The translations under genes were made by a program, and so were the position numbers. Below are positions 18,601-25,959 of a stretch of 64,000 bases of DNA, piece by piece. The first letter of the stretch is position 1; each line of letters opens with the position of its first letter. Origin of the DNA: Ostreococcus lucimarinus (lineage: Eukaryota); assembly GCA_000092065.1 (NCBI GenBank), contig CP000600.1; one strand, 5' to 3'. The notes under the pieces are model-generated. The model was not told the DNA's origin. It saw nothing but the letters and a program-made list of their open reading frames with translations, and searched no databases.

Positions 18601-20313
18601 ACCACGCTTTTGCGGTGGAACTGGGATATCTATCCGGACTTCACGCAGTAACCCCCAACACGACGATGGAATGTGCGTTTGAGTGAACACGGTGTGCTTC
18701 GTCGCTCTCAAAGCGCGCTGAAACGTACGTTCGTCAGTATAATCTATTGGTTCGTCAGGTTTGCCGTTTTTGTTTCTGTCGGTTTTGTACTCGAACTCAA
18801 CGCGCTTGCCTAACCGTTCGATATACTCGGCTGGAATTGCCACGTCGCTCTCGTCCAAGTCAGCGAGCGTCGATATGTTCGGGTCAAGCCCGACCATGGC
18901 GCACGCCACCCTGAGCACCGACGGTAATCCGTAGCCATCGTCTGGAACCGCTTCCCCTTCCTTCGGCTTCGTCCTAAAATCTAAAAGCGTAGTTTCTTCC
19001 AAACCTCGAGCCTTGAGCTCCTTTTTCACGTACGATTCGGCGTAAAAGCCTAAGCCCTTGCGAGCCGATTCGATTGCCCGCGCTTGGCGCACCGCGTACT
19101 GGAGCGCGTGCACGTGTTGCTTGACGACATCCTCGCTAAAGTACACCAAACTCACTCTGAAGGCGTCGGATGTTCTCACAGAAGACGCCACGGACGTCGT
19201 GTCCATGACATCACCCTCTGGGAGCAAAAACGGCGGCGGTCTCGCATTTTTGAGTCTGGGATCGTTCTCCAAAAAATCCTTCAACGTCGTGGGCGGCGGC
19301 GGGAACTTCTTCTTTCGCACCGGAATCTCATACGCCGCGATCGCCGCGTCGTACTTCTGACGCTTCGCTTCCTCGGCCGCTTTCTTCGCCGCCTCCTTAT
19401 CGCGCGCCTCCTGATGCTCCTTGTACAAGACGTAACTCGGCTTGACTTTCTGCCCCTTCTTCTGCGCCTTCTTCGCCGCCTCCTTGAGCTTTTCCTTGCG
19501 AATCGCGTCCGCCTCCGAATCCTTGAACGCATCCCCCCGTATCTCTCTTCCTCGCATGTGTCTCGGCATGTACACCGCCGCGCTCGTGTCTCGATCCAAC
19601 GGCGGCGGCGGCGCGAACGCGCTCGCGTTCGCGTCCAACGCCGCCCCCCCCTCGTCCTCCCAATCGTCCTCCATCGCTCGCGCTTTATCCTCCTCCGCCT
19701 CCTCCGCGCGTTCATCGTGATCTCGCATCTTCGTCAGCGTCAGTTTCCCGTTCGCGCCGCCAGTTCCGACCCTTCCTCGCGCGTCGCCTCGACTCGCCAG
19801 CTCCCGCAGCAGCCCGTTCAGCACGTGACTCTTCCCCACCCCCGACCGCCCCAGCGCCACGACTCGCAGCGGCGCCGACGTCGCGCGTTCGTATTCCTCC
19901 ATCGCCCGCGTCGTCTCCTCCACCAGCCGTCGTCGCGCGCTCTCCGGCACGACGTACGTCGACCCCGGCGCGTCGAGCGTCGCCGCGCGTCCGTGCGACA
20001 GCATCAGCTCCCGCGTCGACCGCAGCGCGTCGTGCAGCGCGCCCGTCTGCGCGTCGAAACAAAAAGCGCGGCGTTTACGGTCAGTCGCGAAGTTCGTCGT
20101 TCCGCGCGCGTCGTCGTTCCGCGCGCGTCGCGACGATTTCATTTCATTTTCGCGCGCTTCGATTCGCGTTCGACGCACCCGCACGACGCGCAGCGCGGCG
20201 TCGACGGCGTCGGCGTCCGTCAGGTCCCCGCACGCGCTCTCCGCGTGCCGCGCGAGCGAGCGCGCGCGGCGCTCGGCGCGCGCGGCGTCGGAATCATCGG
20301 ATTCGTCGCGCAT
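15616..20313 (-). CDS. Large (~1560 aa) dynamin/mitofusin-like P-loop GTPase with an in-frame intron candidate (20047..20178) and C-terminal acidic tandem repeats.
   Basis: G1 'ALGRSGVGKSHVLNGLL' (GxxxxGKS). G3 'LVLIDAPGAGD' (DxPG) lies ~400 aa downstream, so a large lysine/proline-rich insertion sits between them. Long alpha-helical stalk-like region. C-terminal repeats 'VEEDEDQIEP'x3, 'GEEEEQ(T/I)TV'x4, 'SPRREIAVQT'x2. ORF sequence upstream of 20313 is antisense to TTC1 and arginine-rich, so it is rejected. Confidence 0.6.
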   Translation of the reverse strand: MRDESDDSDAARAERRARSLARHAESACGDLTDADAVDAALRVVRVRRTRIEARENEMKSSRRARNDDARGTTNFATDRKRRAFCFDAQTGALHDALRSTRELMLSHGRAATLDAPGSTYVVPESARRRLVEETTRAMEEYERATSAPLRVVALGRSGVGKSHVLNGLLRELASRGDARGRVGTGGANGKLTLTKMRDHDERAEEAEEDKARAMEDDWEDEGGAALDANASAFAPPPPLDRDTSAAVYMPRHMRGREIRGDAFKDSEADAIRKEKLKEAAKKAQKKGQKVKPSYVLYKEHQEARDKEAAKKAAEEAKRQKYDAAIAAYEIPVRKKKFPPPPTTLKDFLENDPRLKNARPPPFLLPEGDVMDTTSVASSVRTSDAFRVSLVYFSEDVVKQHVHALQYAVRQARAIESARKGLGFYAESYVKKELKARGLEETTLLDFRTKPKEGEAVPDDGYGLPSVLRVACAMVGLDPNISTLADLDESDVAIPAEYIERLGKRVEFEYKTDRNKNGKPDEPIDYTDERTFQRALRATKHTVFTQTHIPSSCWGLLREVRIDIPVPPQKRGLVLIDAPGAGDSDPARDRHLVAALRNAAAVICLGDSREVTGDIVRSLHKSGFLQQLAIRPATRRFINAVQGDRIWGSTATTLKRASALLKRKLGRDVSVEELAKDFPPVDEEIQWAIDRVINENTVEIATVRRAELLKMLMDQTGSVRELKQTANAVIAVAWKFLEFRLSWAKVLDPEKFDVQSITGHGSLNATLEELKRARQLKAMRRVTRRVHDVLKAFCVAAEPLCALPTCSDDSLRGFYDDIEFRLGEGGAYAARRVYELAHQFCTRVIAVSMKVAMEPLDIHAIKHGRAAVVREVLTKNLRPEERIHDIRTPADVRGFIIEAVDYFGKVLEATFYFNFNGKNTPQKPRGLLFQVCESVNAAWCHSLVSDQSTGELMFGALVKNQIASLAGPEDDPKRAMMRALFNLALTKFKLSPAHRYAYMNSAKVAGESTTRLWLECTKNIQIEINRQLKSVTAGLMCAFHPLDETTEVPPPEGVRAMMTDVINAISHTACTMNDLIIEKATKEIEKFYTPYILIASEDAMQACLTCMSPYVKKQVMPEFRARVAKPSMFTVISPDVKLAHSHMTVTSLILGSEAREPLSRAEKAKKLIALSEIGALPFQLTKPPVLSPAITDAIKAADDGINVGLDEFPLQIHMPAEAPAAPEMEANEEESIEVTEQQIVPVEEDEDQIEPVEEDEDQIEPVEEDEDQIEPVEEEEQITVGEEEEQTTVGEEEEQITVGEEEQTTVIDDREESIQGTLVPDADPDVDTDEIEVQSPAPIIKSTKGNAQMEKATSPQSKSSTPMKDVQTQTEYTASAKQPTVSASPRREIAVQTDDFGESPRREIAVQTYDFDEPETAVQTEETAERTSSEPSPTTHDASPVENPPPHSSSKSDLTATTTTTTTNAGERTKKRKMMCANELHAMPSVAANDPLTLAVNPVPGPLIALTSKIPTSDAKKRAKAERDRADFSPLKHTFDFDTDGDSDGDEPSPRPPVARILRKRPKRAF
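16055..16180 (-). repeat. Coding tandem repeat: ~42-nt unit x2-3 (SPRREIAVQTxDF).
   Basis: 'gtttgcacggcaatttcgcgccgcgg' repeated at 16094 and 16138, with a partial copy at ~16059. Confidence 0.7.
16399..16590 (-). repeat. Coding tandem repeats: 27-nt unit x4 (EEEEQxTVG) followed by 30-nt unit x3 (VEEDEDQIEP).
   Basis: Near-perfect direct repeats 'ttcttcctcgccgactgtgatttgttc' and 'ctcgacgggttcgatttgatcttcgtcttc' on the + strand, inside the GTPase CDS. Confidence 0.8.
20047..20178 (-). other. Putative 132-nt in-frame, stop-free intron in the GTPase gene.
   Basis: Minus-strand GTGCGT donor directly after '...AALRVVR'. AT-richer island 'gaaaatgaaatgaaatcg'. 'cgactgacc' branch point 33 nt before the acceptor 'ctttttgtttcgacgcgcag'. 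Confidence 0.5.
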
Positions 20314-20334
20314 CGCCGCACAGTGCCGCGCGCG

Positions 20335-21060
20335 ATGGTCGCGCTCGTCGACGCGGACGACGCGCGCGGCGCGACGGACGCGCGCGACGACGACGGCGAC
20401 GCGCGCGACGCGCGCGGCGACGCGCGCGACGCGGCGGCGCGGCGGCGCGATGGGAACGCGGCGTTCGCGCGGGGCGCGTACGCCGAGGCGTCGCGCGCGT
20501 ACACGGACGCGCTGACGCGCGCGCGCGGCGATGGGCGCGGCGACGCGCGCGAGGACGCTTTGGACGCGGGCGAGGACGCGGCGGGCGCGGCGCGCGGCGA
20601 CGGGGACGCGGCGACGTGTCTGGCGAATCGCGCGGCGTGTTGGTTGAAGCTGGAGCGATACGAGGACGCGGCGAGGGATTGCGACGAGGCGATCGCGATC
20701 GATGGGACGTACGCGAAGGCGTACGCGAGACGGGCGCGCGCGAGGGAGGCGCTCGGGGACGAGGAGGGGGCGCTGGAGGATTGGGAGAGGACGCGCGCGT
20801 TGGCGCCGAGGGACGCGACGGCGAGGGACGAGACGAGGCGACTGAAGCCGGTGGTGGAGCGGAAACGGGAAGAGATGAAGAGAGAGATGTTGGATAAGAT
20901 GAAGGATTTGGGGAACTCTTTGCTCGGGAACTTTGGGCTGAGTTTGGATAACTTCAAGGCGGAGAAGGACGCGACGACGGGGAGTTACTCGATTCACTTC
21001 GTCGACGAAAAGAAACGCTCGACGACTGGCGACGAGGACGACGAGGACGACGAGAACTGA
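20335..21060 (+). CDS. TTC1: Tetratricopeptide repeat protein 1 (TTC1) homologue.
   Basis: Three TPRs ('GNAAFARGAYAEASRAYTDAL', 'ANRAACWLKLERYEDAARDCDEAIAIDGTYAKAYARRARAREALGDEEGALEDW'). C-terminal 'DLGNSLLGNFGLSLDNFKAEKDATTGSYSIHFV' matches TTC1 '[32 protein letters not shown]'. Acidic N-terminal region. Confidence 0.75.
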   Translation: MVALVDADDARGATDARDDDGDARDARGDARDAAARRRDGNAAFARGAYAEASRAYTDALTRARGDGRGDAREDALDAGEDAAGAARGDGDAATCLANRAACWLKLERYEDAARDCDEAIAIDGTYAKAYARRARAREALGDEEGALEDWERTRALAPRDATARDETRRLKPVVERKREEMKREMLDKMKDLGNSLLGNFGLSLDNFKAEKDATTGSYSIHFVDEKKRSTTGDEDDEDDEN

Positions 21061-21136
21061 GCTCGCGCGCGCGGTGCGCTCGCTATAGCTATTAAAATTG
21101 TCACACGCGCGCGCTCGAGCGTCGCGAGAGTCTAGT

Positions 21137-21850
21137 CTAATCGCCGTCGCGTTCGAGTCCGCCGCGCAACGCGAGCTGTCGACACCGCTTTTCAAACGCT
21201 TGAATCTGCGACCTCGCGACGTCGTCGAAGACCACGCTCACCGCCGCGGCGTGCATGGGATCTTTAACTTCAAAATCAATCTCGAAATCCACGATGACGC
21301 CCTCGGCGGGTAATCCCGTGACCGGGTCTTCGTCCTCGTCGTCGTCGAGCGGCGAAAATTTCCACGTCGTCGTCATCGACCGAAACAACCCGCTCGACAC
21401 GCTCGTCGCCGTCACGCGCTCCGGTCGCGCGCACGTCACCGCGCTCGTGTACTTCTCGTTGAATAATTTAAACCCAATCTCCAAATCCGCCTCAAAGTAT
21501 TCCTCCCCTCGCGCCAGCGCCTCGCGTTCGCGTTCGCGTCCCCATCGCTCTCGCGGCGTCCGCCTCGCCCCCGCGCAGAACGGCACGAACGCCGCGTAAC
21601 TGTCCACGTCCGCCACCGCGTCGCACAGCGCGTCTCGCGCGATCCCCTTGACGATTCGTCGCGCCGAGAACCGTCGCCGCGCGCCCTCGTCGCCGTCGCC
21701 GTCGCCGTTTCGCCCGTCGCCGTCGTCACCGCGCGTCGCCACCTCCCGCGCGCGTCCGAGCGTCGCGCCGGGCGTCGCGCGGGTCGGCCCCACGGCGCGC
21801 GTCGCGCGCGTCGCCGCCTCCCGCGCGCGCCTCGCGAGCGCGCGCGACAT
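21137..21850 (-). CDS. COQ10: Coenzyme Q-binding protein COQ10 (START/SRPBCC fold) with a mitochondrial presequence.
   Basis: 'LEIGFKLFNEKYTSAVTCARPERVTATSVSSGLFRSMTTTWKFSP' matches COQ10 '[45 protein letters not shown]'. 'FEIDFEVKDPMHAAAVSVVFDDVARSQIQAFEKRC' matches '[35 protein letters not shown]'. Presequence 'MSRALARRAREAATRA'. Confidence 0.8.
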   Translation of the reverse strand: MSRALARRAREAATRATRAVGPTRATPGATLGRAREVATRGDDGDGRNGDGDGDEGARRRFSARRIVKGIARDALCDAVADVDSYAAFVPFCAGARRTPRERWGREREREALARGEEYFEADLEIGFKLFNEKYTSAVTCARPERVTATSVSSGLFRSMTTTWKFSPLDDDEDEDPVTGLPAEGVIVDFEIDFEVKDPMHAAAVSVVFDDVARSQIQAFEKRCRQLALRGGLERDGD

Positions 21851-22035
21851 CGCCGCGCCGCGCTCTGACGCGACGCGCGCGACGCGCGCGTGCGCCGAGT
21901 CCGACCGACCTCTCGTCCGGACTGTTTGCGCATACACCCGCGCGACCGACCGCACGGTTCGCACTGTTTGCCCCGCCGCGATGGGGCATCGCGATCGGGG
22001 CGCGCGCGCGCGATCGCGACACTCCCGCGCGCACG

Positions 22036-23180
22036 ATGTTCACGCTCTCCACCACCCTCGCGCACGCCGCCGTCAAGGCGAACGTCAAGGCGACGCGTAA
22101 ATCGCAATCGCGCCGAGGCGCCGTCAAGGTCGCCGCGCAGGCGCCCGACGCGTCGAGCCGTCGCGAAGCCATGAGTCTCATCGCGGTGCGTCCGAACGCG
22201 ACGACGCGATCGAGCGCGCGATGCGCGCGCCCGCGCGCGACGCGCGACGCGCGGGACGACGCGGGACGACGCGGGACGACGCGCGGAATTATTGTCGAGC
22301 GAACCGGCGCGCGAGGGCGCGGAGAGACGCGCGCGCGACGCGTCGAGGACGCGACGCGCGCGACATCATCCAACGAGATACTGACGATCGCGCGGCGTGC
22401 GGTTTCATCGAACGCAGGGCGCGACGACGCTCGCGATGTCCAAGCCGGCGTTCGCGGCGTACGGTGACTCGGCGAACGTTTTCGGCGGCGTGTCGAACCC
22501 GACCGGTGCGTGCGCGCGCGAGGCGCGAGGCGCGCGCGAGGCGCGCGCGAGGCGCGAGCGATCGTATCGACCCGAGATACGATTCGCGCGTGATCCGGGA
22601 CCGATGGGTCGTGATGTCGTGTGGGTAAACAGTGAGACTGACGAGACGCGCTACTTTCGCGAATGCAGGTTTCGTCCCGTACGCCGGCGACGGCTTCGCG
22701 TTCTTGTTGCCGAGCAAGTACAACCCGAGCAAGGAACGCCCGTTCCCGAACACGGAGTGCTATTTCGAGGATAACTTTGACCAAGTGACGAACATTTCCG
22801 TAATCGCCGAAAAAGCCGAAAAGGGGAGCATCGACGCGTACGGCAAGCCGGAGCAATTCTTGGAAAAGCTTGGGTACTTATTGGGCGTGCAATCGTACGC
22901 CGGGCAAACCCGCTCCGAAGGGGGGTTCGCGGCGAACAAGGTTTCCACCGCCGCCGTGCTCGACGTGTACACGCGCGAAAACAAGGGCAAGACGTACTAC
23001 CAATACGAAATTCTCACGCGCACCGCGGACGGCGACGAAGGCGGACGCCACCAGTTGATCACCGCCACCGTGAGTGATGGGAACTTGTACATCATGAAGC
23101 TTCAATCGGGTGACAAGCGTTGGTTCAAGGGTCAAGAGCGCGACCTTCGCACCGCGATGAACTCGTTCACCGTGGCGTAA
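22036..23180 (+). CDS. psbP: Photosystem II oxygen-evolving enhancer protein 2 (PsbP, 23 kDa) precursor; three exons, join(22036..22185, 22418..22505, 22669..23180).
   Basis: Exon 1 carries a transit peptide plus the Tat motif 'SRREAMSLIA'. Exon 2 'GATTLAMSKPAFA|AYGDSANVFGGVSNPTG' holds the h-region, an AFA cleavage site and the mature N-terminus AYG...NVFG. Exon 3 'FVPYAGDGFAFLLPSKYNPSKE...LTRTADGDEGGRHQLITATVSDGNLYIMKLQSGDKRWFKG...NSFTVA' matches PsbP along its full length. Both introns have GTGCGT donors, CTGAC branch points and CAG acceptors. Phases check out: 0 after exon 1 and 1 after exon 2. The spliced product is 249 aa. Confidence 0.85.
22186..22417 (+). other. psbP intron 1 (232 nt).
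   Basis: GTGCGT donor. Internal (GACGCGGGAC)x3 microrepeat. 'tactgac' branch point 32 nt before the cgcag acceptor. Confidence 0.75.
22506..22668 (+). other. psbP intron 2 (163 nt, phase 1).
   Basis: GTGCGT donor. (GCGCGAGGCGC) repeats. 'gactgac' branch point 26 nt before the tgcag acceptor. Confidence 0.75.
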
Positions 23181-23267
23181 GCGAGCGCGCCGCTCGCCGC
23201 GCCCGCCACACACATATAGTTCCGCGACGTTTTAAACGCGAAGCAACCATAGCACGTGTTATGAAAG

Positions 23268-24668
23268 ATGAACATCACCACACCGCGCCGCGCCGCGCCG
23301 TCGCTTCGCGCGCGCGCGCACCGCCCGCCGCGCCCTGACCGCGCGCTCGCCATGCGCGCGTCCCCGCGCGCGCTCGGAAAGTTGAAACCGCGCGACGTCG
23401 CGCTGCTCGATTCGATCCTCTCTCGCGTGCACGCGTCGATGCCGGCGCGTTCCGAGGCCGCGACGGCGGGCGCGCGCGAAGAGTACGTCGTCGGACTGTC
23501 CGGAGGCGTCGACAGCGCCGTCGCCGCGTGGGCGCTCGAGCGGTGCGGCGCGCGCGCGACGGCGACGCTCATGAGAAACTGGGACGCCCGGGACGAGGAC
23601 GCGGCGACGGATTGCTCGCACAGGGACGACCTGAAGTCGGCGAGAGCGATCGCAGAAAAATTGAATCTGAGATTTATCGAAAGCGATTTCACGAGAGAGT
23701 ACTGGCACGAGGTGTTCGAACCGTACGTCGAGGCGTTCGAGAGCGGGGCGACGCCGAACCCGGATTTGGAGTGTAACCGCCGCGTAAAGTTTGGCGCGTT
23801 GTTGAGACGGGCGATGGAGGATTTGGGAGGGCGGTATCTCGCCACCGGGCACTACGCGAGGATCGATCGAGACGTCGACGAGGGCGCGCCGCCGCGGTTA
23901 CTGCGAGGGATCGATCAGACGAAGGATCAGTCGTACTTTTTGGCGTCGGTGCGCGGCGAGGCGTTGCGAAGCGCGTGCTTTCCGCTCGGCGCGGTGTTCA
24001 AGTCAGAGACGCGCGAGGCGGCGCGGATTCTCGGGTTCGATTGCGCCGATAGACGATCGAGCGCGGGGATCTGTTTCATCGGTCGCAGGCCGTTCGGGGA
24101 GTTTATCGGTGAGTACATCACGCCAAGCGAGGGCGCGTTCGTGGACGCGGAGACGGCGCGTCCGGTGCCGGGCGCGGCGCCGCATCGAGGATTGGCGTCG
24201 TACACCGTCGGACAGCGCGCAAAAATAGGCGGTGCGCCAAAACCTTGGTTTGTCGTCGGGAAGAACGTCGCCGCAAACGTCGTGTACGTCGCAAAAGGTG
24301 CTGAGCACGACGCGTTGTATTCCACTCGCGCCGCGTTGGCGGATGAGTTTTGGATTTCCAATCGACGGCCTACGAGCGACGACGGATCGAGTTCCGTTCG
24401 CCTGCTCGCGAAAACGCGCTACGCCTCGTCACTCACTCCAGTGACGCTATCGGTCGCGAGCGACGACGAGACGTTCACGAAATCGAGGTTTTCTTCCTCG
24501 TTCGTCCCGCGCGTCGAATCGTCGCCGCTCCGCGCGACGTTCGACCGTCCCGAACGCGCCGTCACCCCAGGTCAGGCTTTGGTGCTCTACGACGGCGACG
24601 TGTGCTTGGGCGGTGGCGTCATCGAACACGTCGGCGTAACCGAGTTCGAGGCGCGCGCCGCGTCTTAG
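23268..24668 (+). CDS. MNMA: tRNA-specific 2-thiouridylase MnmA/TRMU (mitochondrial MTU1-type).
   Basis: PP-loop 'VVGLSGGVDSAVAA'. 'ATGHYARI', 'DQTKDQSYFL' and 'AGICFIG' are MnmA/TrmU catalytic motifs. Confidence 0.85.
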   Translation: MNITTPRRAAPSLRARAHRPPRPDRALAMRASPRALGKLKPRDVALLDSILSRVHASMPARSEAATAGAREEYVVGLSGGVDSAVAAWALERCGARATATLMRNWDARDEDAATDCSHRDDLKSARAIAEKLNLRFIESDFTREYWHEVFEPYVEAFESGATPNPDLECNRRVKFGALLRRAMEDLGGRYLATGHYARIDRDVDEGAPPRLLRGIDQTKDQSYFLASVRGEALRSACFPLGAVFKSETREAARILGFDCADRRSSAGICFIGRRPFGEFIGEYITPSEGAFVDAETARPVPGAAPHRGLASYTVGQRAKIGGAPKPWFVVGKNVAANVVYVAKGAEHDALYSTRAALADEFWISNRRPTSDDGSSSVRLLAKTRYASSLTPVTLSVASDDETFTKSRFSSSFVPRVESSPLRATFDRPERAVTPGQALVLYDGDVCLGGGVIEHVGVTEFEARAAS

Positions 24669-24748
24669 TTTCTAGCCCACATTTAGTCAAACGTAGCCGC
24701 CGTCCCAACTGTCCCGTCGGCGTCACACCGCGCCTCGCGCCGTCGAGG

Positions 24749-25894
24749 ATGCCCGCGATCCTCGACCACATCTTCGAGTTCGTCGGCCGACTCACGCCGA
24801 AGCGTAGCGATAAGCGCTTCTTCGCGGTGGACGCTTGGGGGAATTTGGACCTCGCCCGCGACGTGCACGCGCAGTCTTTGACGTATTTCCACTCAAAGTC
24901 AAAGCCGCCCGTCGACGCGACTTTACGTCGCGACACCGCGTGTGATATCGCGTGGGCGCCGCCTTCGGTGGACGCAGATTACGGCGATGGCGTCGTGCGC
25001 CAAGACGCGACTTTTGTGAGTCCGTTCGCGGATGCGTTGCCGGAGGAGTCGCGTTTGGTGCGTTTCGCGCGTTTGCGTCCGGGAGCGCCGCCGGCGAGCG
25101 GGACGGATGGTGCGGCGAGCGCGGTGAAGCGCGTCGCGGTGCTGCTTCCGTGCACGGGAGACGTAGACGAATGGTTCAGACGATCGATCGCGCGAGAGTT
25201 ACTGACGAATGGTGTGGAGTGCGTGATACCGACCATCGCGTATTACGGCGAGCGCAAGCCGGCGAGGCAGTGGCGACACGTATTGCGAAGCGTCGCCGAC
25301 GCGAAGATTCAGCTGAGTGTGACGCCGGTGGAGATGATGATGCTTTGTATGGCGTTGGATGAAGAAGCGAAACGAGACGGGCACGCGAGCGTCGATTTGT
25401 GCTTGGCTGGGGTGTCGCTGGGCGGGACGATGAGCGCGTTGACCGCGCTGGCGATGGCCAAGGCGCGCGGCGATGCCGAGAACAACGTCGTCGTCTGTTG
25501 TGTTGCCGCCGCGAACGATTGCACGCCGTACGTCGAAGGAAGCATCGAAACTAGATTAGCTTGGGAAGTGCTTTGTGAATCGGGCGAGGCGGACGGGGCG
25601 ACACCCATGAGTAAGGAACGGTGTAAAACTATTTTGCTCGACGTGTTGAAAGAATTGGACATGAGTAATCTCGTCGTCGAAAACGCCGTAAAGGGCGCGG
25701 TTTGCGTGACCGCGAGGGAAGACCGCTTCGTCGGCGCTGGAGATGCGATCGCGAAGACACTACAAACTATGGTGACGACCGCTGAAGGGTTCATTCGCGA
25801 AGACTTCGACGGCGGACATTTACAATTTTTATTCGGCAACAAATCCTCCATTGCGCCGAATATTCAAAGAGCATTCGATCTCATGAGAGCGTAG
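24749..25894 (+). CDS. Alpha/beta-hydrolase fold protein, ABHD18-like (GxSxG serine hydrolase).
   Basis: Start taken at 'MPAILDHIF'. 'LAGVSLGGTMSALTA' is the nucleophile elbow. Upstream ORF sequence (24350..24748) is arginine-rich artefact. Confidence 0.5.
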   Translation: MPAILDHIFEFVGRLTPKRSDKRFFAVDAWGNLDLARDVHAQSLTYFHSKSKPPVDATLRRDTACDIAWAPPSVDADYGDGVVRQDATFVSPFADALPEESRLVRFARLRPGAPPASGTDGAASAVKRVAVLLPCTGDVDEWFRRSIARELLTNGVECVIPTIAYYGERKPARQWRHVLRSVADAKIQLSVTPVEMMMLCMALDEEAKRDGHASVDLCLAGVSLGGTMSALTALAMAKARGDAENNVVVCCVAAANDCTPYVEGSIETRLAWEVLCESGEADGATPMSKERCKTILLDVLKELDMSNLVVENAVKGAVCVTAREDRFVGAGDAIAKTLQTMVTTAEGFIREDFDGGHLQFLFGNKSSIAPNIQRAFDLMRA

Positions 25895-25959
25895 CAAGTT
25901 TCTTGAATGAATGTAATTTACAAAAGAATCGATGAATGGATGCTTGTGATCGTGCGTTG

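Noticed and set aside
19084-20334. First 417 aa of plus-strand ORF 19084..21060.
   Set aside because: It is antisense to the well-supported GTPase CDS and arginine-rich. Only the last 241 aa (TTC1) are credible.
20314-21195. 5' extension of the 1859-aa minus-strand ORF beyond 20313.
   Set aside because: It is antisense to the TTC1 gene, whose TPR domain and C-terminus align to TTC1 residue by residue. The translation is R/V/P-rich and repetitive ('RVARVAARVARVAVVVARV').
21726-22856. 376-aa minus-strand ORF spanning the COQ10 / psbP region.
   Set aside because: It overlaps two homology-supported genes on both sides (COQ10 on the same strand in another frame, psbP on the opposite strand). The translation is R/A-rich low complexity.
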